Source: Asterias rubens
Lineage: Eukaryota
Length of the DNA: 64,000 nucleotides
Assembly: GCF_902459465.1 (NCBI RefSeq)
Contig: NC_047069.1
Coordinates: 6,386,001 to 6,450,000, forward strand
Reading direction: 5' to 3'
Below, piece by piece: positions 12,001 through 24,046 of the stretch. The position numbers and the translations under genes are program-made. The stretch's first letter is position 1, and every line of letters begins with the position of its first letter. The notes under the pieces are model-generated. The model had not been told where the DNA came from. It saw only the letters and a list, made by a program, of their open reading frames with translations, and made no database searches.

Positions 12001-14073
12001 ATATCTCCTAGGACTATTTCTAAGTTAGGACTAGTCCCAACTGTCGGTAAAATTGGCCTTGGGCACTAATGTGAGGCGCATTGGGCAGTTCTTGTAAATT
12101 GTACTGTACAAGAACTAGTTATTATAAGTTATCACACAAGCCCGAGTGGAATACGAAAAAATATAGCCAAAGGCCTCGTTGGATATGGGACGCAGAAGCG
12201 CTATATTTTTTGGTATTTCATGAGTGTGCGTGTGATAACGAATTTATCTTCCAGTCTCACTTGCAACGTGCAAAATTTGAAATTTCAGAGCGTTATTTTA
12301 CGCGCACAAACTTTAGAATATAAGTTTTGCACTGTCCGTATACGGAGCGTGACAAAATGACATTTCACAATACGCACTGTGTAATAAAAACAGAGGAAGT
12401 AGGATATAAAACAGAGGTTGTAGCATATATGTTTTTATCCCCATAGTAGTTTGAGCTTCTGATTGGTGGATAAGCGCGTACTGGAAGATAATATTTATAT
12501 TAGTAGTAGTAGTAGTAGTAGTAGTAGTAGATGTCTGATGTAGAAGAAAAATAAGGAAATGAATGAAAAGAGAGGATTTGTAATTGTTTGAAATTCAGAT
12601 CGCAAGAAGCTTGGCATCGGCAAGTCCCAAGAGATGAACACACTCTTCCGGTTCTGGTCGTTCTTCCTGCGCGGCAACTTCAACCGCAAGATGTACGAGG
12701 AGTTCCGCAACCTGGCGGTGGAGGACAGTAAGCACGGGTATCGCTACGGCGTGGAGTGCCTCTTCCGCTTCTACAGCTACGGCCTCGAGAAGAAGTTTCG
12801 CGCAGACATCTTCAAGGATTTCATGGCCGAGACCAAGAACGATTACAATTTTGGTGAGTAGAGATCGGCATGAATCTGTGATTAAGAGGCTGGTTCATAT
12901 AACGGACACTGCGTGCAGACCCTTTTATTGCAGTTTGCAATATGAAAACGGAAGCATAAATACACAAAAACGCAGTGCATAGTCATTTTCAGTACTTTTT
13001 CTGTTATGGTTGTTAGTTGGTTGTATGAAATATTTCATATTTCATTTTCATATTCGCTGTTATTCATTTAATGTGTTGTATGGTTATTTTTGATATCTGT
13101 TTACTCTTTTTATTTGTTTGAATTATTAATTTGTTACACCTATTACTATTTTTATTTGCCTAATTTTTTTAAAGTATGTTTTCCTTTTCTTTGGCTGGAT
13201 TATTGCCATTTTTGCTTCACTTGTCTAGCTCCTGTTTTCCTTAATCACTTCGTACTGCGTATCAATACGTTTTGTTTATGCGCTTCATTAATGTGTGATA
13301 GTATTATTATTGGTAGTAGTAATTGTAGTATTATTTCAAGTATGCCCAATGAAACAGGGATAATAATGTTGTTGTATAGTGCCTTTAGTGAGCTACTAGG
13401 ATCTGTGCACTATATAAGAACCAATTAGTCTAACTATAATCACTTAATACTCAATGTTTAATTCTTTAACAGGTCAATTGTACGGTTTGGAGAAATTCTG
13501 GGCCTTCCTCAAGTACACCCGCAAGAAGAATCTAGGGGTTGACCCCGAGCTTAAAGAAACACTAGAGAACTATAAGACACTAGAAGATTTCAGAGTACTG
13601 GTGAGTGACCTCTCAACTTTGACCTTGACCCCTTTAGAACTCACACATTATGTACATGTAGACATCATTACGGCGTAGCTCTTTCAGAAAAGTATGTATT
13701 TGTTTGTTTTTCTCTTCTATAAGTGATTATTTTCTATTTCGTGTTCATTTTAGTGTGTAGTTTATTGAATGTTGTAGAGAGAAATAAGATGATATTAATA
13801 ACAACGTTAATTAGATTCTGATTTATGATTAGTAGCTGTTATTATTCAAGTGGTTCAGTAAACTATTTGGTTTAACTTTTTAATTTTTTTTTTGCACAGC
13901 CTCCCATTGGGGAAACTCAGACAGAGGGCGCCGTTGGCGGTGCTGAGGTTGCCGAGGAAAGCACCCACAAGAAGCCAAAACACCAGGACATGACGTCGTC
14001 AGGGACCGAAACAAGCACAACAACAAAAGCCAAAACACAAGAGGGCGCTTCAGGCGGTCAGGACGACTCGTGA
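1..14073 (+). CDS. LARP1: La-related protein 1 (LARP1/LARP1B family), 5'-partial; join(<1..49,696..785,1406..1592,3029..3246,3667..3788,4641..4860,5438..5630,8116..8306,9586..9698,11269..11414,12599..12853,13473..13600,13900..14073)
   Basis: Exons translate to the La motif ([16 protein letters not shown]|[22 protein letters not shown]), conserved central blocks ([46 protein letters not shown]) and DM15 repeats ([47 protein letters not shown]). All junctions are GT-AG with matching phases; about 694 aa visible; stop TGA at 14071-14073. Confidence 0.96.
358..452 (+). ncRNA. Intronic box C/D snoRNA, copy 1 (28S rRNA 2'-O-methylation guide)
   Basis: Terminal stem TTGGCC/GGCCAA; box C variant ATGATTA; box D variant ATGA; guide TGCTGTTCACAT before D'-like CTGT; internal hairpin GGGCAC-TCCTT-GTGCCC; 95 nt, in intron 50-695. 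Confidence 0.8.
1166..1265 (+). ncRNA. Intronic box C/D snoRNA, copy 2 (diverged paralogue)
   Basis: Extended stem TTTATGGCT/GGCCATAAA; same C (ATGATTA), D' (CTGT), C'-like (ATGTAGA) and D (ATGA) boxes; 14-nt guide ACTGCTGTTCACAT; compensatory change in internal hairpin (AGGC..GCCT); in intron 786-1405. Confidence 0.8.
1711..2063 (+). mobile_element. Non-autonomous TTAA-target DNA transposon (MITE family A, Kolobok-like), right end truncated
   Basis: Starts with a degenerate AGGCAGTGGACACTATTGGTAATT terminus; body matches copies at 19.2, 38.0, 41.5, 41.9, 48.3, 49.6, 61.1 and 63.9 kb. Confidence 0.75.
2351..2445 (+). ncRNA. Intronic box C/D snoRNA, copy 3
   Basis: Differs from copy 1 at one position over 95 nt; same boxes, stem and guide; in intron 1593-3028. 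Confidence 0.8.
3337..3494. mobile_element. Short palindromic MITE (TTAGGA-rich family)
   Basis: GATTTCAC..GTGAAAC ends; related copies at about 11920-12058, 21470-21578 and 38570-38632. Confidence 0.55.
4206..4564 (+). mobile_element. TTAA-flanked MITE, family B
   Basis: TTAA at 4202-4205 and 4565-4568; body closely matches the copy at 24047-24411. Confidence 0.75.
6264..7961. mobile_element. Non-autonomous hAT-type DNA transposon (1.7 kb)
   Basis: Perfect 14-bp TIR TAACGTCCGTCGAT (6264-6277) / ATCGACGGACGTTA (7948-7961); perfect 8-bp TSD GTGCTAAA (6256-6263, 7962-7969); dense subterminal ATCGA/TCGAT motifs; no transposase ORF recognised. Confidence 0.88.
8307..9353 (+). repeat. 37-bp tandem minisatellite, about 28 copies
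   Basis: Unit GTGAGCATGTACCCAGAACCCAGTTGCATAGATCTAG; starts on the first intron base; central ~350 bp degenerate with indels. Confidence 0.97.
9821..9969 (+). other. Long imperfect inverted repeat (hairpin)
   Basis: Outer 34-bp arm with 2 mismatches and 3 G.U pairs, inner ~21-bp arm, small loop near 9890-9895. Confidence 0.8.
9985..10410 (+). repeat. Degenerate AT-rich repeat (about 6 copies of TTTTCACATATTTTACATGCATTTTGTGAT, variable spacing)
   Basis: Copies near 9989, 10041, 10190, 10253, 10319 and 10378. Confidence 0.7.
12119..12495. mobile_element. Non-autonomous element, Crypton-like
   Basis: Internal palindromic arm CGAGTGGAATACGAAAAATATAG..CTATATTTTTTGGTATTTCATGAG; TTATCTTCCAGT / ACTGGAAGATAA inverted pair; CTGATTGG motif near the end. 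Class inferred from architecture only. Confidence 0.4.
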
Positions 14074-15663
14074 GATTCACAGGGGTCAGGGGTAAAATCA
14101 TGTCAGACCAAGGTCAGAAGGTCTTGGTCGACTTTTGGTGAGGCGGGAGGCACATAATCATGCAAGAGGTTTATACTTGTGCAAAGGGCAGCAGGAGGAA
14201 ATGTGTATAAATACTGAGAAAGGTAATTCCTTGGGCCAAGGAATTGTTCGGTGTTGATAGGTGAAGTGCTCCGGTTTCTTTTGATTTCAATTCTCACAAA
14301 TTGTCTTGGTTTATTCCTTGGCTGCGGTGTATCCAGAGAAAACCAACTGCTTGTCGACTTCTTAAATGTCAAGTCCACAAGGCAGGTGCTGTTGATGTTG
14401 CTTTGAGGCTGCCTTGAAACAAGTGTTATCTGATAATAATGGTGGGAAACAGTTTCGTTATTGATTAGTGCATCAGTAGCCACTGAGCGTGGTGCTGGCT
14501 GAGTGGGGAAATATAGCCAGATATCCATGACTAATGCCAGGCCAGTCAGCTTTAAGAGTTGGGATACTATACTACTAAGGAGCTCTATGCAATTGACTGC
14601 TGCCGACAGTGTGGTGTCCCACTTTCCAATGGTACAAATTGTTGGAAAGAGATAACGATGATAAAATGTTTTATAGCCCTCGTCGTATCACAATGTGATA
14701 CAGCAAGTTTTGCTGCCGAATTACGGAATCAGCTGCAAGCCATGCTATGTTTCACAAAGTATGTGTGTTTGTGTGAACGTAACCGAAACCTTCAGCTTAA
14801 CGACCTGTCGTCTGGACGTAGATGGTGTCGTTTTTTAAGAACGGACTTTTTGGTTTCGCAGTAAACCAAGGAACTGATGGTAGAGGGAGGGGTTGAGGCG
14901 GGTCAGCGCAAGTATTGACTGCTGTCAAATATTGCCAAACCCTGGCAGCCTTGTTGCTGACTAGCCACCCTGAATCGAGTGTCTATCAATTGCAATAAGT
15001 TTTAAATTTGTTGACGGCCTATTTCATAACGGAAGTACCCCTGTATTTTGAAGAGATTTTTGTTATTTTAATCTTTCTCTTTGTCGTTCAGAGCTTTGCA
15101 GGTAATCTTAAAGTGACTTTTAATTTAAACTGTTTCTTTGAAAGTGTCCCCCTCCTCAAGTACATGTTTACATTTTTGATATGATTCAAAACTATTGGTG
15201 TAAATTTTGGTTCGTTTATCTCAATAATTGCTATCTCCACCTTTAAAAAAAAAAAGTATAAAAAAAATGTAAAAGCAGAAATTATATTTAAAAACAAAAA
15301 CAATCCAGGCAAATAGAAATGGATTTACTTATGACTCTGATGTTGTAAGGTTTTGCAATGATTTTAAATATATACATTTCCCCTTCGTTATTTATCATAA
15401 AAAAATTATATTATTATTTACGCATACATCAATAACAAAAAATAGTGTTATTTCTGTTCTGAAAGTTGATATTTAAATAGATCGTATTCTTTAAACACAT
15501 TTTTTTGGTTTATGAAAAAAGTATTATCCAGTTTACTTTTGGGTTGGAGTTTGTTTTTAAAAAGTATGATTTAAAATGTATGGATTCGCAATCGACAAGT
15601 AATGAGCACTGAGCACAACATGGTGCACTGTGGTCCATTATTAACTGGTTTCAATTAACGACG

Positions 15664-16059
15664 ATCAAACCTTTCGGGTTTTCAGAAAAGGATTGAAATA
15701 ACAGTCATGATGATTGGTCGATGTGCTCCTGTCAATTTCAATCCCAGCCAATCAGCAGATTGTTGTATGGAGTTGATCTCATATTGAGAACAGTTTGGCC
15801 AATCAAACCTTTGATTTTATCAGTTAAAGGATTGAAACAACGGTCATGATGATTGGTCGATGTACTCCTGTCAATTTTAATCCCAGCCAATAAGCAGATT
15901 GGTGTATGGAGTTGATCTCATATTGAGAACAGTTTGGCCAATCAAACCTTTGGGTTTATCAGTTAAAGGATTGAAATAACAGTCATGTTGATTGGTCGAT
16001 GTTCTCTTGCAAATTTCAATTCCAGCCAATCAGCAGTGATGTTAAATGGAGCTGATCTG
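15664..16059 (+). repeat. 138-139-bp tandem repeat, about 2.9 copies, CCAAT/ATTGG-rich
   Basis: Units start ATCAAACCTTT at 15664, 15802 and 15941. Confidence 0.9.
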
Positions 16060-16539
16060 TTGCTGAAAAAATGTACTAAATTGTAAGCTCAGATAGACCT
16101 TTTGTTTGTTCTACACCTCGTAAAATCTACAACTTGAGACTGGTGCTTTCAGGTTTGACTATCCCATTAGTAATTGTGATTGGAGGAGTCTATGAGCTAT
16201 ACATGCTAAGATTCCCTAAAATTAGTGGCCTTGTTAAAGGTGTTTTATTAGCAGAAGTTATTTTTACCTTCGTGGAAAAAAGAATTTGATTGTGAAAGGG
16301 CCTTGAGGTCACTCCCGAATGCATCAAAATCCACTAGAAGGTTTTGCTTGAATTGTTTTGCTTGAATTGGTACGGCACAGCCATTATACATTGCATGATG
16401 CCAGGCATGCCAGTGTTGTGTGTTGGATTCAGAAAAGCTTCCCATGAGGGGGTCAGGGGTCAAGTCTTGAGTTAGGAACGTGTGTTTTGTCCCAGAGTGA
16501 GGAATTCAAAAGTAGGTTCTTGATTTGTGGGAAATCATC

Positions 16540-17795
16540 CTGTCGATGAGTGGAATTAGGATCATTCCAGTGGAATGGGACTGAGTTTAGGGGAATTTGG
16601 ATCTCTAGATGATTGCAATTGGGATTTATGATGGATGTATGGGATTGGGAACTTGCTGTCTATTTGCTGAGTGATAGTTAGATCTCATCGCTGAGTAGGA
16701 TAAGGTGCTTAACGCCGAGTGACTTTTGGATTAGGTGATCACTATTGCTGAGATGGACTAGGGATAGGAGCCGACCATCGCTGAATCAGATTGAGGGATC
16801 TAATGCCAAGTGGGATCTGGTTATTGCTGAGGGGCATTGAGATATCACAATTACCCAGTGAGAATAGGGCATTGTTAATCACCTTGATCAGTATTCACTA
16901 TTACTATAAGGTGGATTTGGATATTACTATCCCAAGGGGGATTAGGATCCCACTATCCACTTGAGGGGTTAGGATCTCACTATCCCAAAAAAGGATGAGG
17001 GTCTCACATTCTCTGAGTGGGATTAAGATCTCGCTTTTACCGAGTGGGATTAGGATCCCCTTATCCTTAAGTGGGATTAGGATCTCAGTATCCTTGAATG
17101 GGATAAGGATCTCACTATTCTTAATTGGGGTTGAGATCTCGTTATCACTGAGTGGGATTAGGATCCCACTATCCCTGAGTGGCATTGGGATCTCACTATC
17201 ACTGAGTAGGATTTGGATCTCACTTTCACTGAGTGGGATTAAGATCTCGTTTGTACCGAGTGTGATTAGGATCCCCTTATCCTTAAGCGGGATTATGATC
17301 TCAGTATCCTTGAATGGGATAAGGATCTCGCTATCATTGAGTGTGATTAAGATCCCACTATCACTGAGTAGGAATGGGATCTCACTTCCACTGAGGGGAT
17401 TAGGATCTCGGTATCCTTGAATGGGATAAGGATCTCACTATTCTTAATTGGGGTTGAAGTCTTGCTATCACTGAGTGGGATTAGGATACCACTATCACTG
17501 AGTAGGAATGGGATCTCACTTCCACTGAGGGGATTAAGATCTCGCCTTATGTGGGATTAGGATCTCAATATCACCGAGTGGGATTAGGAACTCCTTTTCA
17601 CTGAATGGGATTAAGATCTCACTTGCACTGAATGGGATTAAGATCTCACTATCACCGGGTGGGATTAGGATCCCACTATCCTTTAGTGGGATTAGGATCT
17701 CATCCTTAAATGGGATAAAGATCTCACAACCACTGAGTGGGATGTGGATCTCACTTTCACCGAGGGGGATGGGGATCTCGCTAGAGTGGGATCTC
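16540..17795 (+). repeat. 27-bp minisatellite with 216-bp (8-mer) higher-order repeat
   Basis: Consensus about GGGATTAGGATCTCACTATCACTGAGT; variant block repeats at 17019 and 17235 (216 = 8 x 27); increasingly degenerate toward 16540. Confidence 0.9.
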
Positions 17796-18922
17796 CTTAG
17801 AGTCTTCTTTGTAAAAGTTTTGATTCCTTTTCATGGTGTAACTCTAATCTTTCAAAAACACCTCTTGTTGCTCTTGTACATTTTTGGATGAAAGTAGTTT
17901 AGCTTTGGTAGAAAAAAAGCGTAGTTTTCCATTCATGGTTTTCTTTTTTGTAAGTTTGGACAAGCTGAGCACTCGTTTTAATTTCTTACTTGTACATATA
18001 TATATATAAATGCAACCCTTAGCGGAATGAAGTTTCATGTCGTCGGTTGGGTTGTTTGAATTTTATTCAGGGGACAAAAATCGCCCCATAATTTATGATT
18101 AACAATAGACAAAAACTAATGGTAAAAAAAAAAATGATTGTTAAACAGTCGTTATTGTTTAATGGAGTATACAATCAAACGTTGGGTGTTTTAATGCTGT
18201 TTGGGGTTTGGTGGGATTTTAATTTTTTTTTCTTTCTTCGGGTAGCTTTGTGCAGTGTTTCTCTTCTGTGTTTTATTCATCTGCAACTGTTGAAGTTTGC
18301 GACTTATTATGCAAGAAACGTCAGAGTTATCCAAATTTTCATGTAAATACAATGTTTGAGAATCACTCACCTTTTTGCAAATGTGGATCTCTTAAAAACA
18401 AAATCTATTTTTGAAAGAAAAAAACAACACCCAGCTTTTCAATTTCTCTTTAATTACAAGTATGTACTCATTTCAAGTATTCGGAGTTTACTTTATGGTG
18501 ATTTATTACTTCTTAATATTTCTGCTTTCTCGTTTTATTTCTGTAAAGGACAAACAAACAAAAAGAGTTGAAAAAAATAAAAACAAGGAAAATTTATGTA
18601 GATGAGAGCGAAATGAACATAAGCCAAAATTTGGTGCTTTGTTTAATTCATAAAGCATTTCATTTGCAACCCTGTTCAATTCTATGTAAAATTGTGGTTA
18701 TTTTAAATGTCCTTTTTTGCTGCAGATTGTTTTAAAAGTGGTACCGAAGTTAATTTCCTTTACCAATTTCCAGCAAAAAAAAGAAGAAAAAAAAAAGAAG
18801 AAATCTTTATGAAAAAGATTTGAGTGTTCTGCCAAGTTCTGTTTTTTTTTATGCATGCTTAGTTTTGCCATTTTATAAAATTCACAAGCACATTTTATTT
18901 TATTTGAAGTAATAAGAAAAAC

Positions 18923-18928
18923 AATAAA
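18923..18928 (+). terminator. Candidate LARP1 polyadenylation signal (implies ~4.9-kb 3'UTR)
   Basis: AATAAA followed about 35 nt later by GTTTTGTTTTT; ends a U-rich UTR-like tract. Other AATAAA hexamers occur upstream. Confidence 0.4.
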
Positions 18929-19210
18929 CAGGACATATGTATAAAGCGTTAATAATTGAAGTTTTGTTTTTAAAAGAAATAGACCGATTGATCTCAAAGT
19001 TGTTAAAGTACTTGTGTTTCAATTGATCTCTTGCAATGCTGTCACCCACGGCTAACGTCTACAGATGTTGTGCCATTTTGGGAGTGAACATACCTAGACA
19101 GGGCGGTTGCATAAATTGCTTGTTCGTTTACTCTAGGCTCAGATTTTCGCTTGAAATTAATCTATCCTATGGTATGAGCAGCTAACTGCTTTCTGTGACG
19201 CATCCTTAAA

Positions 19211-19584
19211 GGTAGTGGACACTATTGGTAATTACTCATAATAAATATTAGCATAAAACCTTACTTGGTAACAAGTAATGGGGAGTTGTAAGTTGAAAAC
19301 ATTGTGAGAAATGGCTCCCTCTGAACTAATGTAGTTTTTGAGAAAGACGTAATTTTTCACGAATTTGGTTTTGAGACCTCAGATTTAGAACTTGAGGTCT
19401 CAAAATCAAGCATCTGAAAGCACATGACTTCATGTAACAAGGGTATTTTTTTCTTTCATTATTATCTCGCAACTTTGACGACCAGTTGACTCAAATTTTC
19501 ACAGGTTTGTTATTTTACGCATATGTTGAAATACACCAAGTGAGAAGACTGGTCTTTGACAATTACTAATAGTGACCAGTGTCA
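19211..19584 (-). mobile_element. MITE family A, reverse orientation
   Basis: TTAA-AGGTAGTGGACACTATTGGTAATT left end, AATTACTAATAGTGACCAGTGTCA-TTAA right end; body is the reverse complement of the 1711 and 41515 copies. Confidence 0.8.
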
Positions 19585-20900
19585 TTAAGTTAAGTACAGG
19601 TTTGCAAATTTCCCTGAAGATGGGTACTTTGTCCATGTGATGTTCACTGTAATTCTAAATCTCTCCCGATTGTTGGACAAAATCTCTGTGATTGCAAGAT
19701 GCAAATGTTGGCAGCTCTGCTTCAAATCTGTAAACATAAATTTCTAGTTCGGTCTTCTTAGCAGAAATGAGCAGGATACAAGTCACAATGTTGGTGTTTT
19801 GGCTTGTAACCCCTGTTCTGGTGAGCAAAATTTGTTGTGCTAAGCTACTTTTTTGTGCTTGAGCAGCTCTATAAGATTGGGCCTTGTTCGTTGTTGGTGT
19901 AATTGTATACTGTCTTGATTGGGGGATTATATGAACTGAATCAGAGTTCTGTAAACAGAGTGGAAAATAATCAAATAAAGAACGGAAATTTAAGTTGAAA
20001 TGCAATTGGTTAAGCTCACTAGGTTGCTTAAATCTATTTTACAAGGTCAAGATCACAAGACCCAAGATTGCACGAACATTTCAAACGCTGATATTAAATA
20101 ATTTGTTATTCTTCAACTGTTAACTTTTTGTCCACGTGAACCAGGGTTGGTTGAATATAAAATGGTGAAACATATAAACCAATATATGGTTAAACTTTTA
20201 CTGGATAATTTTGACTACCTTTTATTAAGCTGTGTGTACATATCATATAGTCGTAGTTTTCTCTCTTGTTTCTTTATTTTGAATCGGTAGAATAGTAGAA
20301 AAAGATTTCGTTTTGTTTTTGATGTTAATCGGCAACATTTATCCTCGCAAAAGCTATCTGAATATTTTATTGTCTTCATAAGATTAAGAGTGTATTGATA
20401 AGAGTCCAATAATGTTTATGGTTTTCGGTTCCACATTTTTGTTTTTTCGTTTCTGTACAAAACTTACTTTTAAGACTTAACGATAATGATAACTAAAAAA
20501 ACATTAGTTGATATGATATTAACAAGCGAGAAAAGTAATCCTACAATGGCTGTCCATAATTCACTAGCGATATAATAAACATTTAATTTTGATGAATCAT
20601 AAATGAAATGTGGTGCTTTTCTTATGTATTTGGTGTGAATAGTTTGTGTTCAACAGTAAGCCTGTTTAACTTGTGTCTAAGTCGCAACTACTGATCGCTT
20701 AGTCGAGTCATAACTACCGTTTTTCAACTACGCGGTAAGTCGTGCCTCTAGTTTAATACAAAAATAGTTTGTCCTGATGGTGTCGGCGGCAACTATATTA
20801 TGCATCTTGGAAATTATAAATAAGTTGTGAATAGTGTTGAGGGTGTCTATTTGAGGCGCGATTAGTCGAGAAGTAAATTTCACTTCTCACCCAGGCTTAA

Positions 20901-21374
20901 AAGAACACGCTGCCTTGGATCGGTCGAGTTGGTCTTTGAAAAGCGTTTCTAACCTTTTGTTATAAAATGCATATGGTAAGAAAGATATTTTAAAAGTAGA
21001 ATATAATAATCCACACAAGTATCATTCAAAATTGCGTGGTTTTCCTTTTACCTCGTCGACTAACAAGGTCGGCCATTTATGGGAGTCAATAAATTTATTG
21101 ACTCACATAAATGGCCATTTATGGGAGTCAATAAATTTATTGACTCCCATAAATGGCCGCCATTTATGCGAGTCAATAAATTTATTGACTCCCATAAATG
21201 GCCGACCGTGTTAGTCGTGTTAGAGGTAAAAGGAAAACCACGCAATTTCGAGGCAAATTTGTGTGGATCATTGTATTCTACTTTTAAATCATTTTTCTAA
21301 CCATTGCATTTTATACAAACGGTTACAAATGCTTTTCAAAGAACAACTCGACCTATCCAAGGCAATGTGTTCCT
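20901..21374. mobile_element. TTAA-flanked foldback MITE with three internal tandem palindromes
   Basis: TTAA at 20897-20900 and 21375-21378; imperfect ~30-bp TIR; arms complementary over most of the length; diverged relative at about 24749-25012. Confidence 0.85.
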
Positions 21375-21864
21375 TTAATTAACAGTACTCAAATTTAGGG
21401 TAAACTCCACACAGCAGGGCTTGAAGTTCAAATGAATAACCAGACTATAATTTTATTTTACAAGGCCAGCAGCCGATTTCCTGAAATGCTAGGAGTAATC
21501 CTATCTCGAGTTAGAACGAGTCGATGCGTCTTAAGATTGATCCTAAGTTAGGAGGAGTTTAGTGAAATCAACAGCAGAATCTAAATAGAAAAAGCTTTCT
21601 ATAAAATTAAAAATTTAAACATGTTTTTATTTGAACCAAAGATATCTCATAGATGTTAAATTTACATTGAGAAAAAAGAATTTCAATTTTGGTTTTACAT
21701 TTTTCTTACCAGACTCGGGGTAAACATTTTAACGTAATTTCTTGTCATGACTTTAATCCGCATAAAGTTTCCCTGAAAATCAACAATCTGTCCATGTCTG
21801 ATGAACAAATTTGAAAATTTACCTGAGTATGGAAACTATTTCCCTGCTTTTTTTATGTAAATCA

Positions 21865-22272
21865 GAAGTGTCGGAAGTTAAGAGCACCGAACTCTAACTC
21901 TGGTGTTTCTGATCAACAGAGTGTGGGTTCAAATCCCCAGCCGTGACACTTGTGTCCTTAAGCAAGACACCTAACCATTGCTTCGCCCTTCGGATGGGAC
22001 GTAAAGCCGTTGGTCCCATGTGTTGTGTAACGCATGTAAAAAAACAAAAAAAGACTGCACTTAAATAAAAGAGAAGGGATTCGCCCCGGTGTTCCTAGCT
22101 GTGGCTGCTTAACGTGCTGTAGCACCTTGTAAACCATTATAAGGTGCTAAATAATTGGGTCTCGGAATTAATAACTGCAATAACCTATTTTTCTGAAAGT
22201 TTGTATATACTCAGTGCCTCGAGTACCTTGTTTGGTAGATACGTGCGCTATATAAGACTTCGGTATTATTAT
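21865..22272 (+). mobile_element. tRNA-derived SINE
   Basis: B-box GGGTTCAAATCCC, central GTGTCCTTAAGCAAGACAC block, (TAT)n tail; closely matches 28164-28566. Confidence 0.8.
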
Positions 22273-23084
22273 CTAGATATCTCCTCGTTTGGTGGACAAA
22301 ATCTCCCTGACTGCAACATGCAAATGTTGGAATCTCTGCTAAAGCCTTGTTTTTGGAAATAAAATGTGAATCTTTTTACCGCTTCACGACTGACTTTGCC
22401 CTCTGCGCTGTGTTAATTTTTTAGAACTTTTCCGCAAAACCAAATTAAAAATTTGAGAATATCGTCATACACAAAGAATGACCTGCAAAGTTACAAAATT
22501 AAGTTAACTGGTTTTGGGGATTCTCTTTTGAGGAACTAAAGAACATCTTCAAAGTAAATCAGCCAAACTTCAGTTTCGATTAGTGACATAAATTTTGTGA
22601 ATGTTGTTGCCGCCATTGCAACATGATTTACTGAAGAGATATCTGTATCACACAAACAACTGGTCCAAAGATAGCCCTATCTATATAGGACTCTTTCTCT
22701 GTACACAGATACAGAATACAAAAGTGTAAGGCCGCCAGGGCTAGTTCAAAACTAGCTGATTTAATCCAGACAAGTAGACTTGCTCCAGTCCTTCCGAGTC
22801 AGGCTCTATTACGGTCCAAACCTTAATAGCCGAAAGTCATGGCCATCAATCAGCTAAAGCTTCATACTATAAACTAAGCCTTGCCTCCCATATGCCAAAA
22901 TAAACAAGGGTGGCAGCCTACATAATGTATCTCTGGTAATGCTAATTTTTTTTACAACAACAGAGGGTAAAGGTCTGGAATCCTATACCCATGGAGATTT
23001 GGAGCATGCGTTCCAGTACCTTTTGTCTCTCTTTGTAAGCAGGGTGTATGCCTGTGCACGCTACACTTTTGAAATGTCGGGGTC

Positions 23085-23430
23085 TAATTATAAGCATGTC
23101 AATTTTGGTTTTTACCCGCACACCGATGTGTGTTAGCACTGTATACTCAGTACTTTCCCAAGTCCTGTGAACAAATATCACAGGCATATAACTCGGGTGG
23201 GATTCGAACCCACAACCCTTACATTTCTAGAGCAGTGTCTTACCAACTAGACTACCGAGATTGCCGGGTAGCTAGAGGCAGTTCGAATCCTATGTTTTGG
23301 CAGCGGCCGGGTACCGCAACGATACAAGAGATTTTGCATCGGGAGTAAAGAATATTAATTTTTTTTTTACCCATACACTGATGTGTGTTAGCACTGTATA
23401 CTCAGTACTTTCCCCGAGTTCTGTGACTCT
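23085..23430 (-). mobile_element. tRNA-head SINE-like element, reverse orientation, with ~60-bp direct duplication at both ends
   Basis: GGGATTCGAACCCAC (reverse B box) and ACCAACTAGACTACC (reverse A box); TTTTACCC..GATGTGTGTTAGCACTGTATACTCAGTACTTTCCC occurs twice; relatives at about 2805-2950, 28760-28930 and 49105-49280. Confidence 0.6.
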
Positions 23431-24046
23431 CTTATATAAGCATGTCAATCAACATGACCGACCCGACCAAAAGAGCCATTCTAAAACTGTTCACATTATA
23501 AACATACAGTGGAAAAATCTTAATAAATGAGATGTCCAATGTCGTTGCCAAACTGGCTCCCATAAGGGACATTTGGTGCTTGATTTCGTTCATGGTGTAC
23601 ACCCCTCTCCCCATTTTGTTCACTGTGTGCTCAGAAGCACAGGAATTTTACTAGAGCATTTTAGGGGGGGGGGGCTACTGGGGGGGGCGTAGTTCTATTG
23701 GAGCATTATAAGAAGGGGGGCACTTTAGTGCAAGTGGAATATTTCATGTTATAACAATGGAGCTCCATAACAAGTAGTTTACTTCAAACACACCACCACC
23801 ACCATCCCCCCCATCCCCCAACCCCCCCCCCCCCCCCCAACAAAAGAAATGAAGGATTCTGACTGAGCACATTTATAAAAGGAGCACTGGGTACTGTTTA
23901 TTGTGTACTCTGGCAAGTTTGAATAAAGCGCCTTCAGTAGTAAGATTCGTGGCTCTAGGCAAACAAATTAACAGCACTGATAACTGTATGTATTCTAGCT
24001 TGTAACCTACGTGGATGTTTATGCATAGCAAAAGCATACATTTTAA

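Noticed and set aside
16904-17420. Repeat-protein ORFs on both strands
   Set aside because: Explained by the 27-bp period lacking stops; no splice context or domain similarity.
22400-22950. Possible NUMT or hidden gene between LARP1 and AKAP17A
   Set aside because: No recognisable mitochondrial or protein similarity and no consistent exon signals.
23664-23838. G-run and C-run tracts as a G-quadruplex switch
   Set aside because: Homopolymer G/C runs are common across the window (45760, 53460, 57000); nothing specific here.
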